The notes below the pieces were generated by a model. The model made no database searches, was not told where the DNA came from, and saw nothing but the letters and a program-made list of their open reading frames with translations. A stretch of 20,000 nt of DNA, from positions 56,919 to 76,918 of the forward strand of contig JAXLNO010000261.1 in assembly GCA_038087875.1 (NCBI GenBank), in the 5' to 3' direction. This DNA comes from Malacoraja senta (taxonomy: Eukaryota). Below are positions 1 through 9,430 of this stretch, in pieces; position 1 is the stretch's first letter; each line of letters starts with the position of its first letter. Position numbers and translations under genes: made by a program.

Positions 1-505
1 TCCCTCTAGGAGCTGAAGAGAAACCATTAGGCAGTGGATTGTATTGGCATAATTGCCCCATCCAGCTGAATTTTAAATCTTCTATCCTGCAAATGAACAG
101 GCACTGAATCCGCATCTTTAAGATCTCCTTCACAAACGTTTCCATCTTAAAATGTCTATACCGTACAAAAGGGTTAAGACTATTCAGGTCCGTATAATTC
201 TGCATCCCCCCATCCTTTTTTTGGTCTGGGAAAGATATTGGAAACAAACTGATGGCTTTGGTAAACTGCCTTAGCAATTACACCTTTATTACATAAGCTT
301 GCAAGTTCCAGCTGAACTTCCAATTGTTCAGTGATACTGAAGTTAAACTCCTTTTTTGGAACATGTTGCATGGGTAAATCAGAATTTGCATTAAACTTTA
401 TTTGATGCCTTTGAATAACCTTCAGTATAAACATATCTGAGGTAAACATTTAATTGTATCACATTAGATCTGTCTACATGAGAACCAGACCCTCTTACCT
501 CCTTA
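1..505 (-). pseudogene. DIRS A pol (RT N-terminal part), frameshifted and deleted
   Basis: Minus-strand fragments EVRGSGSH, DLPMQHVP, KGVIAKAVYQSHQFVSNIFPRPKK, LNPFVRYRHFKMETF, DLKDA and LPNGFSSAPR lie in shifting frames. Confidence 0.88.
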
Positions 506-542
506 CCACCTGGCATTCTTCCCCAGCCTTGAGCTGGATATC

Positions 543-1797
543 TCACCTCCGTGGCCGTGCTACAGCCGAACGCCAACTGCGCTGCATCGTAGCTGACTCG
601 TCCCTTGCCCGGACCAGTCTACTCCTTATAGGGATACTTCCGCTTTGGTGAATATGTGGCTGCCGTCTTAGCCTCCTCTCCAGCTCCTTCACCTGCTGTG
701 CGAAATCCTCACCAAACAGCTGTGCCGTTTGCACTGTGCCAGGCTGGCAGAGTGAAGCATATTTAGCATTGATGGTTGGTCTAATCGCAGTCTTGCAGAG
801 GCAGTTGATCTCAAAGTGGGCACTCCACAATAGCGCCTTTTGTTGTAATTTGTCATTGCCTCTCCATCTACCATCCTGGCAAAGCTCGTTATACCAGATG
901 CCAGCAACTTTAAAAATATGCTGGAGCTTCACATGCTCCTGGGCTTTCATTAGTATGCCCATCTTGCCCCAATTCTTCCTGTTCCCAACAGGAACTTTTA
1001 ACAGTCCACAGTTGATTGGGGCTTCATACTTCGTTATTGTCTCATCCATTGTCAGCTCCTGTAGCTGATGTGAGACTTGGTAATTTATGCTGGTGGCAAG
1101 TTCCTCACCCAGAGGCTCACCAGCGTCCGACGACATGGCAAACCGTGCTGCACACGGTGTCAGCTCTGGCAGCTGCCTGCCCTCCCTTTGGAAGTCGTCG
1201 GACTCAGGGTCAGAGCGTATCTGCCCTTCTGCACTCACCTCTTGCAAAGAGGGTGCTTTCAAGCAGGCCTCTACTAGGCACTGCCAGCGGAGCCGTCCCC
1301 ACGGCCTCCCGCCTGCACAACTCCTCCAGGAGTATGGCTTTATGAAGCAGACCTCTCCTAGGCTCTGCCAGCGGAGCCTTCTCTATGGCTTCCCGCTTGC
1401 ACTACTCCTCCTGGAGTGTGGCTTTATGAAGCAGACCTCTCCTAGGCACTGCCAGCGGAGCCTTCTCTATGGCTTCCCTCCTGCATTACTCCTCCTGGAG
1501 CGTCTCTGTGGAGCAGCCCCTATATGAGCTGCTCCTTTTGGATAACCGCTGGGGAACGGTATCCTGTCCCCGACGGGACTCTCGTGGCCTGACTCTGCGG
1601 AGTCTATAGCCCTGACAGACTTGGCGTATGCCGACCGCCCGACTGGCGTTGGCTGTATACCCGGCTGGGCACTTTGCCAAGTCTGTCGCCGCACCGCTAC
1701 CGGCTTGCGACTCCCCCGAGGTGACAGGCTGCCTTTCAGAGACTGCGCTCCCGCAGCTCTCTCTCTCCTTGTCGGCAGCAGCCTGCACCTTATCCTT
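543..1797 (-). pseudogene. DIRS A gag-like ORF, frameshifted
   Basis: ORF 543-1262 aligns to element B gag (SDPESD/SDPDSD, RQLPE/RQLPD, AIRPTINAKYASLC/AIRPTMNPKFAALC, RSWR). Upstream pieces (PVGR, GQDT/GLDT, RGLLESTL/SGLMECTL) lie in other frames. Confidence 0.85.
1256..1500. repeat. 84-bp tandem repeat, about 2.9 copies, inside DIRS A gag
   Basis: Unit starts AAGCAG(G/A)CCTCT at 1261, 1345 and 1429, giving a period of 84. Confidence 0.95.
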
Positions 1798-1801
1798 ATT
1801 C

Positions 1802-1897
1802 CTGTATGTGGGGGAAAAAACACACAGAAACACTTTCTTTACTTTTCTCTAACTCCTCCAAAGTCTCCCCGACTTTGGTGGAGCTGTAATGACTCAC
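1802..1897 (-). promoter_or_regulatory. Candidate 96-nt leader intron of DIRS A
   Basis: Donor CAG|GTGAGT at 1898/1897; acceptor TTTTTTCCCCCACATACAG|G at 1802/1801. Confidence 0.6.
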
Positions 1898-2140
1898 CTG
1901 CAGCAGGAGGTCCGTGCTCCTGCTGCCGTTGTCGCCAATGCGTCAGACATAATGACGCGCATGCGCCCTGACGGGGTTCTTCACGTAGTCACTCACGTGA
2001 CTCCGAAGTAAAATGTGAGGTTATCCACTTTGGTGGCAAGAATAGGAAGTCAGATTATTATCTGAATGGTGTCAAGTTGGGAAAAGGGGAAGTACAACGA
2101 GATCTGGGGGTCCTTGTTCATCAGTCACTGAAGGTAAGCA

Positions 2141-2275
2141 GTTGTGTTAAAGAAGGAACTGCAGATGCTGGAAAATCGAAGGTACAAAAAAAAATGCTGG
2201 AGAAACTCAGCGGGTGCAGCAGCATCTATGGAGCGAAGGAAATAGGTAACGTTTCGGGCCGAAACCCTTCTTCAG
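2141..2275 (-). mobile_element. Penelope-like pLTR fragment with 8-bp target-site duplication
   Basis: GGTAAGCA at 2133-2140 and 2276-2283 flanks the insert. The sequence is near-identical to 13768-13861. Confidence 0.8.
2247..2275 (-). ncRNA. Minimal hammerhead ribozyme core (PLE-associated)
   Basis: Minus strand reads CTGAAGA-A-GGGT-TTCG-GCCC-GAAA-CGTTA: CUGANGA and GAAA boxes, a 4-bp stem II and a palindromic AACGTT stem III. The 5' arm of stem I is absent. Confidence 0.65.
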
Positions 2276-2685
2276 GGTAAGCATGCAGGTACAGTAGATA
2301 GTGAAGAAAGCTAATGGCATGTTTGCCTTCATAACAAGAGGAGGAGTATAGGAGCAAAGAGGTCCTTCTGCAGTTGTACAGGACTCTAGTAAGACCACAT
2401 CTGGAATATTGTGTGCAGTTTTGGTCTCCAAATCTGAGGAAGGACATTCTTGCTATATAGGGGGGTTCACGAGGTTAATTCCCGGGATGGCGGGACTGGC
2501 ATATGTTGATAGAATGGAATGACTGGGCTTGCATACACTGGAATTTAGAAGGATGAGATAGGATCTCATTGAAACATATAAAATTACTAGACTGTGGAAC
2601 CCCCTGTCACACAGGAGGCTTGGGCCCCCAATGCAATATTCCACCACTCACCCATAGTCCCCAACAGCACATGCACAGCTCATTT

Positions 2686-3046
2686 CCCCCTCATCCCTAG
2701 CACTCTCTCCCCCTCCTCTTCACCCTCTCTCTTCTTTTCCCTCTCCTCCTCCCCAATCCCTCCCTCACCTCTCTCCCTCTCCTTTCCCCTACCCTCAGTC
2801 ACTCCACCCTCCCTCCATAACTCCTCTCCCCTCCCCTCCCTACCCACCCTCCTATCCCTCTATCCCCCACCTCCCCACTCCTCACTTCCCCTATCCCCCC
2901 ACTATCCCTCCTCACCTCCCCCACTGCCCTCCTCTCCCTCTATTCCCCACTCGCTGCCTCCCCCACTACCCCCCTCCTCTACTCCCCCCTCATCTCCCTC
3001 TATTCCCCCTCCTCCACCACTCTCTCCTCACCTCCTCCCTCTTCTT
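2686..3046. repeat. CT-rich low-complexity/minisatellite tract, resuming at about 3840-3992
   Basis: Polypyrimidine tract. CCCCAATCCCTC...ACCCTCAGTCACTC...CCCTCCATAAC occurs at about 2751-2821 and again at about 3863-3930. Confidence 0.85.
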
Positions 3047-3839
3047 CAGAATTAGAATCAGAATCAGAATCAAAATCACACATTATTCGCCAAGTATGTT
3101 TTGCAACATACGAGGAATTTCATTGGCCAGTTCAGTCATACAATTAAAAGTAACAGATCATTCAAAAACACATTTTAACATGAACATCCACCACAGTGAC
3201 TCCTACACATTCCTCACTGTGATGGAAGGCGAAATAAAGTTCAAGCCCTTCCCTTAGTTCTTCATCGGTCGTGGGCCTCGAGCCCCCGTTGACGGGACGA
3301 TCTTGACTCCCGTAGCCGGCGGCGTTCGGGCATTCCGCGTCAAGGTGATCAGCTCCCGCATCAGGGAGGGTTGTCAGCTCCCCCGCGCTGGACGATCGAA
3401 CCTCGCGTCGGGGCTGGTGAAACTTCTGCAGCATTGGAGCTCCCGACTTGGCCTCACCCGAGACTAAGAGCCCTTGGTGTTGGTTCCACGGTGGTCACGG
3501 TGGGAGCGTTCGCAGGCAAGGGATCAGCTCCGATGTTAAGTCCGTGCCCCGCGGTGGGGCTCACGACAGTCCGAGGAGGCTTCCAGCTCCATCGATGTTA
3601 GGCCGCAGAGCCCGGAGAATCTAATCCGAAAATTGATCACATCTCCGGGAAGGTTAGAACCTGAAAAAAAGTTTCCCCCGATCCCCTCCGCACTCCCCCC
3701 TCCCCCCTCCCCCCTCCTCCCACATAAAACAAACCGAAGAACATTAAAACAAACTTTTAAAGCACTAAAAAATAACAAAAAGAAAGAAAATACGAACAGA
3801 CTGCTGGCAGGGCAGCCATCTCCCTGGCACCCCTGGTGG
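3047..3839 (-). mobile_element. GC-rich non-autonomous retroposon with (GATTCT)n tail, nested in the Helitron
   Basis: (AGAATC)n microsatellite at 3047-3078. The opposite end (3596-3833) resembles 14959-15166. Confidence 0.6.
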
Positions 3840-4734
3840 TCTTTTCCCTCTCCTCCTACCCTCCCCAATCCCTCACTCACCTCTCCTTTCCCCCACCCTC
3901 AGTCACTCACTCCCTCCATCCCTCCATAACACCTCTCCTCTCCCGACTCCTCTCCTCTCCCTCTATCCCCTCTCCTCCCCCACTCTCCCTCCCCAGAATC
4001 TTGAGGTTGCCGCTCCTCTCCCTTCTTGTGTGCCCCGGAGGAGCATCAGCTGTCGGCACCCTCAGAGCCAGGCCTCGGATCGGCCTGGTAGCACCAGCAG
4101 CTACGGCCGCGCCGGCATGTGGGCGGGATGGGTGGGGGGGGGGGGGAGAGCTCAGTTAAAAGATGGGGGAAGAGCCATGGGGGGAGACGGGTGTATCACG
4201 GCGGAGGGGGGAAGGAGCCAGCGAGGGGGACCAGAGGGAAATGGGCTGGAGTGGTGGGGCGTTGCGATGGCGGTGCGTTTGGGACTCACAGCGGGTGCTG
4301 GACGCTCTCCTCCGCCGGGATCAGATTGCCTGCTTTCTGTTTGGCGACATCTCCCGCACGCTGGGCCGCTTCCTGTCCCTCTGAAAATTATGTCCGGTTG
4401 GAGACTTCCGCTGCCACCAACAGTGTCTCTCAGCTCCAGTAAAGATGCGATGGTGCAGGAAGGGGCGGACCATCCTGTGGAGTGACAGGAGAGACTAATC
4501 TGACAGGCGTTGACTGGCAGGAGAGGAGATTGATCTGCGCATGCGCGGTTTTAAAGATTTTTAAACCTCACGAACTTTTACAAATTAACACCGATCGGAA
4601 CGAAACGTGGTCACTCGCAGCACATGAGTGAGCTGGCAAAAAATCGTAGCACTAACGCATACAGTTTTTGTGCAAATAGAAAAAACGCGCAAACCAGAAG
4701 AGCACAAGATCAGAGTTTAATTATGTATAGATGA

Positions 4735-5105
4735 TTAAGTGTTTGGACACGCTAGAGGCAGGAAACATGTTCCCAATGTTGGGGGAGTCCAGAACCAGGG
4801 GCCACTGGTTGAGAATAAGGGGTAGGCTATTTAGAACGGAGATGAGGAAAAACCTTTTCATCCAGAGAGTTGTAAATCTATGGAATTCTCTGCCTCAGAA
4901 GGCAATGGAGGCTAATTCTCTGGATGCTTTCAGGAGAGAGTTAGACAGAGCTCTTAAAGATAATGGAGTCAAGGGATATGTGGAGAAGGCAGGAACAGGG
5001 TACAGATTGTGGATGATCAGCCGTGATCATAGTGAATGGCGGTGCTGGCTCGAAGGGCGAATGGCCTACTCCTGCACCTATTGTCCATTGTCTATTGCCT
5101 ATTGA
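4735..5105 (+). mobile_element. CR1 LINE 3' end, continuation of 2012-2586
   Basis: TRGHWLRIRGRLFRTEMRKNLFIQRVVNLWNSLP; 3' UTR GAATGGCCTACTCCTGCACC; (TATTGTC)n-like tail. Confidence 0.93.
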
Positions 5106-5380
5106 CCAGAGGCCATAGCTTTGAATAAAAGGACGTATCTTTAGAAAGGAGATGAGGAGAAATGTATTTAGCTGGAAGGTGGTGAATCTTTAGAATTCAT
5201 TGCCACAGAAAGCTGTGGAGGCCAAGTTAATGGATATTTTTAAGGCGGAGATTGACAGATTCTTGATTAATAAGGGTGCCAGGAGTTATGCAGCGAAGAC
5301 AGGAGAATGGGGTTGAGAGGGAAAGATAGATCAGCCATGATTGAATGGCCTAATTCTGCTCCTATAACTTATGAACTTAT
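5106..5380 (+). mobile_element. Second CR1 3' fragment
   Basis: ACCAGAGGCCATAG...GTGGTGAATCT...TTGCCACAG...GATCAGCCATGATTGAATGG...ATTCTGCTCCTAT with an ACTTATGA-type tail. Confidence 0.85.
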
Positions 5381-7128
5381 TACTTTAAGGACACCTACCT
5401 GGGGATGATTCCTTGCCAGACTCCTGGGCTGGAATTTGATCAGGCAAAACATTGCATTCATTGTGAAGGCTTTCTTTCATATGATAAACCAATAGTGACA
5501 TTGTTGCCATGGATAAGCAGTCAAGCTCAGCAGATGTCTGGACAACTTTCTGCATGAGTGGAACAAATGCCCTGAGAAATTGGAGACATTTTAATGAGCT
5601 TCACAAAATACATAGTAATGTGTGTTGTGTGTTACCAAGGTCTAAATGCTGTCTTATGTAGTAGTGTGGTCTGGGTATGGCAGTGACCACCAAACCTTGC
5701 AGTAGGTGAACATGCAGGATATATTTTACTTACACTGGTAAGAAATTCCAGGACCGCATGGGGAGTCCCTCACCATCAGAGCACATGTGCAGTAACTCAG
5801 CCAACCTCAGCCTTGTCCCAGCATTTTAGTCCTGGTCTTCAAAGGAGGAGACGTGGTGATCTCAGGCTTCTTCCTGCAGTTTACTCTCGCCTCAAGAGGA
5901 GGCACTGGCAGTCTCGGGTTTCTTCCTGGTGGCACAACTTTGGGGCCTGAAGAGGTGATGCTGGCAATCTCTGGATTATCTTAGCAGCTCTGCCTTTGCC
6001 TATATGTGTGGGTACAGTCCCTCATTGTCTATGGGCAGAAAGAGGCTCTGGCATCTCAGGTTTGTCCCCCCACTTGGTCTTAGCCTCAGTGTAGGCAGTG
6101 GCTGTCTGGGGCTTCTTCCAGGTAGCTCAGTCTTAACCATATGGTGGCACTGGTGGTCTCAGTGGCTCAGTCGTACTCAAACCTGCAACAGGGGAACACA
6201 GCTAGCAGGACTGTGCCTTTCTCTCTTTCTCTGGTGAGAATGCCAGGGTTTTAGAGGGAGGAGGCCTTCAAGGTTCAAGTTGCCAAACCGATATAAGCTA
6301 ATTGGACCCAGCAGCTACCAATGATGCTGAGGATTGGCCTTTTCTGGACTGTCAACCAGTGATAGGGATCAGATTGGCATCCACGGGAGAGCGTGCAGTC
6401 ACAGTACATAAACATTGCACCAGGCAACAGTTTCTGGACACCAGGTTCTGTGGGTCTCAGGCTGGAACTGGTGTGATCCCACTCTCCTGCTCTATAAAGG
6501 AGCAGGGATGCACCAGAGGGGAGCAAGACGAACCCTGTCAGAATTTCCACAGTCATTGTTATGTCAAGGAAGTTCATTACATCTGTTGGGCACCCTGTTA
6601 GCATTGGTCAACCATGAGTGCTCAATAGAAAAACCCTGGGTATAAGGCTAACAGAATTCAGCATGAAGAGTAAGGAAAGATGAAGAGCAGTAACAATGGC
6701 TTACTGCCATTCCCCAGAATGAGCAGTCTTTGGAGAAACAATTGCATGAAGAGGCACCATAAGAAGTTTTGTTGCATTGCTAATTGGTAATAGAGTATAT
6801 GTTTATCACTACTGCTTTTTATATACTTTCCGATTATCAGGATTAATCAAAGGTAATGTGGGCATTTTTCTGGAAACCATAATTTGATGTGGACGAAAAT
6901 AAAGAGATGTTAAATAAAGTTTGCGCTGTAACAATTAAATATTCCATAACTTAGCTAGGAAAGATACCAAAGGCATTGTGTTGTTGTAAAATAAAAACCA
7001 GGCAACGTATCATTATCTTGGACAGTGCACAAGTCATGATCTGATTCAGTGCACAGCTGACTGAAGACTAAAACGTGCTCTGGGGTGATTTCAAAGTAAA
7101 GGCAGGCTTTACATTGGGAACCACTTCT

Positions 7129-7237
7129 AATAGTAAGATTAAACGAGAACTTACCTAAGTTTGAAGTTTGATCTTTATTTTATGAGGAGTTACGTTGGTG
7201 ATTACGTGAAGAACCCCGCCAGAGCGCCTGCGCGTCA
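7129..7237 (-). repeat. DIRS B right ITR plus 3' extension
   Basis: 7203-7237 is the reverse complement of 11871-11905 (33/35). 7129-7208 is the reverse complement of 7361-7440 (78/80). Confidence 0.95.
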
Positions 7238-7360
7238 ATCTTCGAAGCAGCGGTGTGAAATCACAAAAAACAACAAGCAAAGTAATATAGTATCATAATA
7301 AAACGAGTAATACAAAAACTTCCATCTGACCTTAATGATAGAGGGTTGGGTCGTGGTGGG

Positions 7361-7474
7361 CACGTAATCACCAACGTAACTACTCATAAAATAAAGTTCA
7401 AACTTCAAACTTAGGTAAGTTCTCGTTTAATCTTACTATTTTACTTCGGAGTCACGTGAGTGACTACGTGAAGA
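7361..7474 (-). repeat. DIRS B internal complementary region (ICR)
   Basis: 7361-7440 pairs with the 3' end. 7438-7474 is the exact reverse complement of 11896-11932 (5' end). The two halves overlap at ATT 7438-7440. Confidence 0.95.
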
Positions 7475-7647
7475 TTTTAAAGCTTTGTGATTTCATGCCG
7501 TAGATCAATCCTGGCTTCTCACTGCATTGATTGACTCGGAACGAGAATAATCAATAATGCATTAATAATAACATTTGTACCACAAATGCAGTAATTCATT
7601 TATTTTAATAATGACATTTAATCAGATCCCCTTTAAACCAGAGGAAT

Positions 7648-8564
7648 TTACACAGAACTTAAAATAGTTTCTGCAAACAATCCCGCGTTAACAATAGGCC
7701 GATGGTAAAATTGTTGAAACATCAACTCATTGGACCACCTGCGAGGATATGGTCGACGGGGACGTCTTTCGCCCTGGCCGCCGACGTTGCTGCTGCCCTA
7801 GTCGAGTGAGATGTAAACACATCAGTGTTAATACCAGCAGCTGTTAAGACTTCTTTTAACCATCTGGAAATAGTCTGTACTGAAACTCTTTTGTGTGGTT
7901 TCTTGTGTGTGATCAACAACCTAGTTTCCGTATTTCTCAAGCCCTTTGTGACCTCAATGTATTGTAACAAATATGTCTTAATACAGAGACAAGGATCATT
8001 TGGATATGCTGCTAGCACAATTTTAAATCCTGTCACACCTGGCCTACTTTGCTTTAGTAGGTCATAGATATAAAATGTAACCTTGTCTTCAGTTACTTCC
8101 ATTCTGTCTATTTGTAATTTTCCAAGTGTTTGCACTCGTTGTGCTGTCACTAATGCCATAAGTATGACTACTTTCATACTGAGCTTGGCCAAAGGTAAAT
8201 ACACACTTGGTGACCATTCACGAAGTAGCTTCAGCACCACACTTACATCCCAGATTGTCATGTACCTAGGTTTCAGAGGTTTGGAATTAAAGATTCCTTT
8301 CATCAGTCTGGAAACAAGTGGGTGCGACCCAATTGGATTTCTTTCTGAATCCAGAATCAAATATGAGGACAATGCACTTCTGGCTGAATTAATTGCACTA
8401 TAACTCAAACCTTCATCATAATAAAGTTTTGACAGAAATTCTAAAACATTTGAAATATCTGCAGTACTATATTCCACATTCTTTTGTACACAGAACTCTT
8501 CCCATTTCTTAATATAAGAAAGGTACTGTTTTTGAGTGCTCTTCCTCCAGGCTGCCGTAAGCAT
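7648..8564 (-). pseudogene. DIRS tyrosine recombinase (YR) with C-terminal frameshift
   Basis: N-terminal STQKQYLSYIKKW domain; TAQRVQTL (R), KQSRPG (K), SHSTRAA (HxxR). WSNELMFQQFYHRPI, carrying the W and catalytic Y (TAC 7705-7707), is in a shifted frame after about 7738. Confidence 0.93.
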
Positions 8565-8609
8565 GTCCACAGTACGCTCAGACAGTCCTCGCCCCAGAAA
8601 AGGCCTTCA

Positions 8610-9030
8610 TAAAACCTGCAAATCAACAAATCCAAATGATCATATAATGGATGTTATTCCCCTGTCACAGGGTGCAGCAATAAATTACACCTTTTTGGGA
8701 CTTTCATCAATGTTTGTGTCGTTAATACTAATATCAACGGATACCATGGCTGTGTAGGCCAATCTGGTACTACTAGTACCCCTGAAGCAGTATCTTGCCT
8801 GATTTTAAGCAAACATCAGCTTATGAGGCAGAAAGGTGGAAATATATATAAAAACATACCACCCCAATGTAGCGAGAAAGCATCAATCGCCACTGCTCCT
8901 GGATCTGGTTCCCATGACACATATCTCGATAGTTGATGATTCAGTCTAGATGCGAACAAGTCGATGTCTGGCATTCCAAATCTGATTACTATGTCATTGA
9001 ATACCTCTCGATTCAACATCCATTCTTTAT
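8610..9030 (-). pseudogene. DAM-like DNA N6-adenine methyltransferase domain at the pol C-terminus
   Basis: EWMLN...PDIDLFAS...DAFSLHW...YIFPPF*CLLKIRQDTASGVLVVPDWPTQPWYP...HPL..LDLLICRF. There is a stop at 8816 and a frameshift near 8690. Confidence 0.8.
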
Positions 9031-9430
9031 TATCATGGAACTTTCGTGACCTGGTGTCTGCTATCGTATTCAATCTACCTGGTAGATGGATAGCTGAAAT
9101 CCAAATGTTCTTTTCAATACACCAAGACCAAATTTGATTAGCCATTTTGTCACATGACACCAACTTGATTCCACCCATATGATTAATATAGGCAACTGCT
9201 GTTGTGTTATCAATTTGAACTTGAACATGCAGATTAGTTGTGTTAGAACAGTAAGCTTGGAGTCCATAGAAACATCCTAAAAGCTCCAAATAGTTAATTC
9301 CCCATGTCTGCAATAACAATGACTCTTCCTGATTCCATCTGCCTCCGCAGCTAGATGCTAAGTCAGTTGCACCCCATCCTAGTGCACTGGCATCAGTTTG
9401 TAATATCATGGAAGGTTGTTCCATCAGCAC
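9031..9430 (-). pseudogene. DIRS RNase H domain
   Basis: LQTDASALGWG, INYLELL, IDNTTAVAYINHMGG, HLPGRLNTIAD: the D-E-D-D catalytic pattern. Confidence 0.93.

Larger units (their letters stand above)
1..2014 (-). mobile_element. DIRS1-like retrotransposon A, 5' part (terminus, gag, start of RT); continues past the window start; decayed
   Basis: The terminus 1972-2014 is identical to 11890-11932 of element B. Gag and RT peptides are homologous to element B (GEPLGEELA; HFEINCL; HQFVSNIFPRPKK; RHFKMETF). Confidence 0.92.
2012..2586 (+). mobile_element. CR1 LINE ORF2 fragment, left part; interrupted by a PLE fragment and a Helitron
   Basis: Translates as [56 protein letters not shown] and DLIETYKI, typical of CR1 C-terminal ORF2. 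Confidence 0.92.
2587..4734 (-). mobile_element. Non-autonomous Helitron-like element
   Basis: Minus strand starts TC (4734, or 4731) and ends CTAG (2590-2587). It sits between A and T with no TSD. A hairpin CCTGT-CAC-ACAGG lies at 2603-2615. Removing it restores CR1 ETYKI|IKCLDTL. Confidence 0.75.

Noticed and set aside
1256..1500. CRISPR-like array
   Set aside because: The units are contiguous 84-bp tandem copies with no unique spacers, there are no cas genes, and the context is eukaryotic.
2594..3055. Pro/Ser-rich 153-aa ORF (also 3633-4485 ORFs)
   Set aside because: Artefact of stop-poor low-complexity and GC-rich sequence.
6275..6645. Overlapping 76-109 aa ORFs
   Set aside because: No recognisable motif or convincing splice context; lengths are compatible with chance.
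7825..8757. Plus-strand ORFs antisense to YR/pol (also 9355-9549, 10496-10687, 11102-11685)
   Set aside because: Shadow ORFs of the minus-strand DIRS genes.
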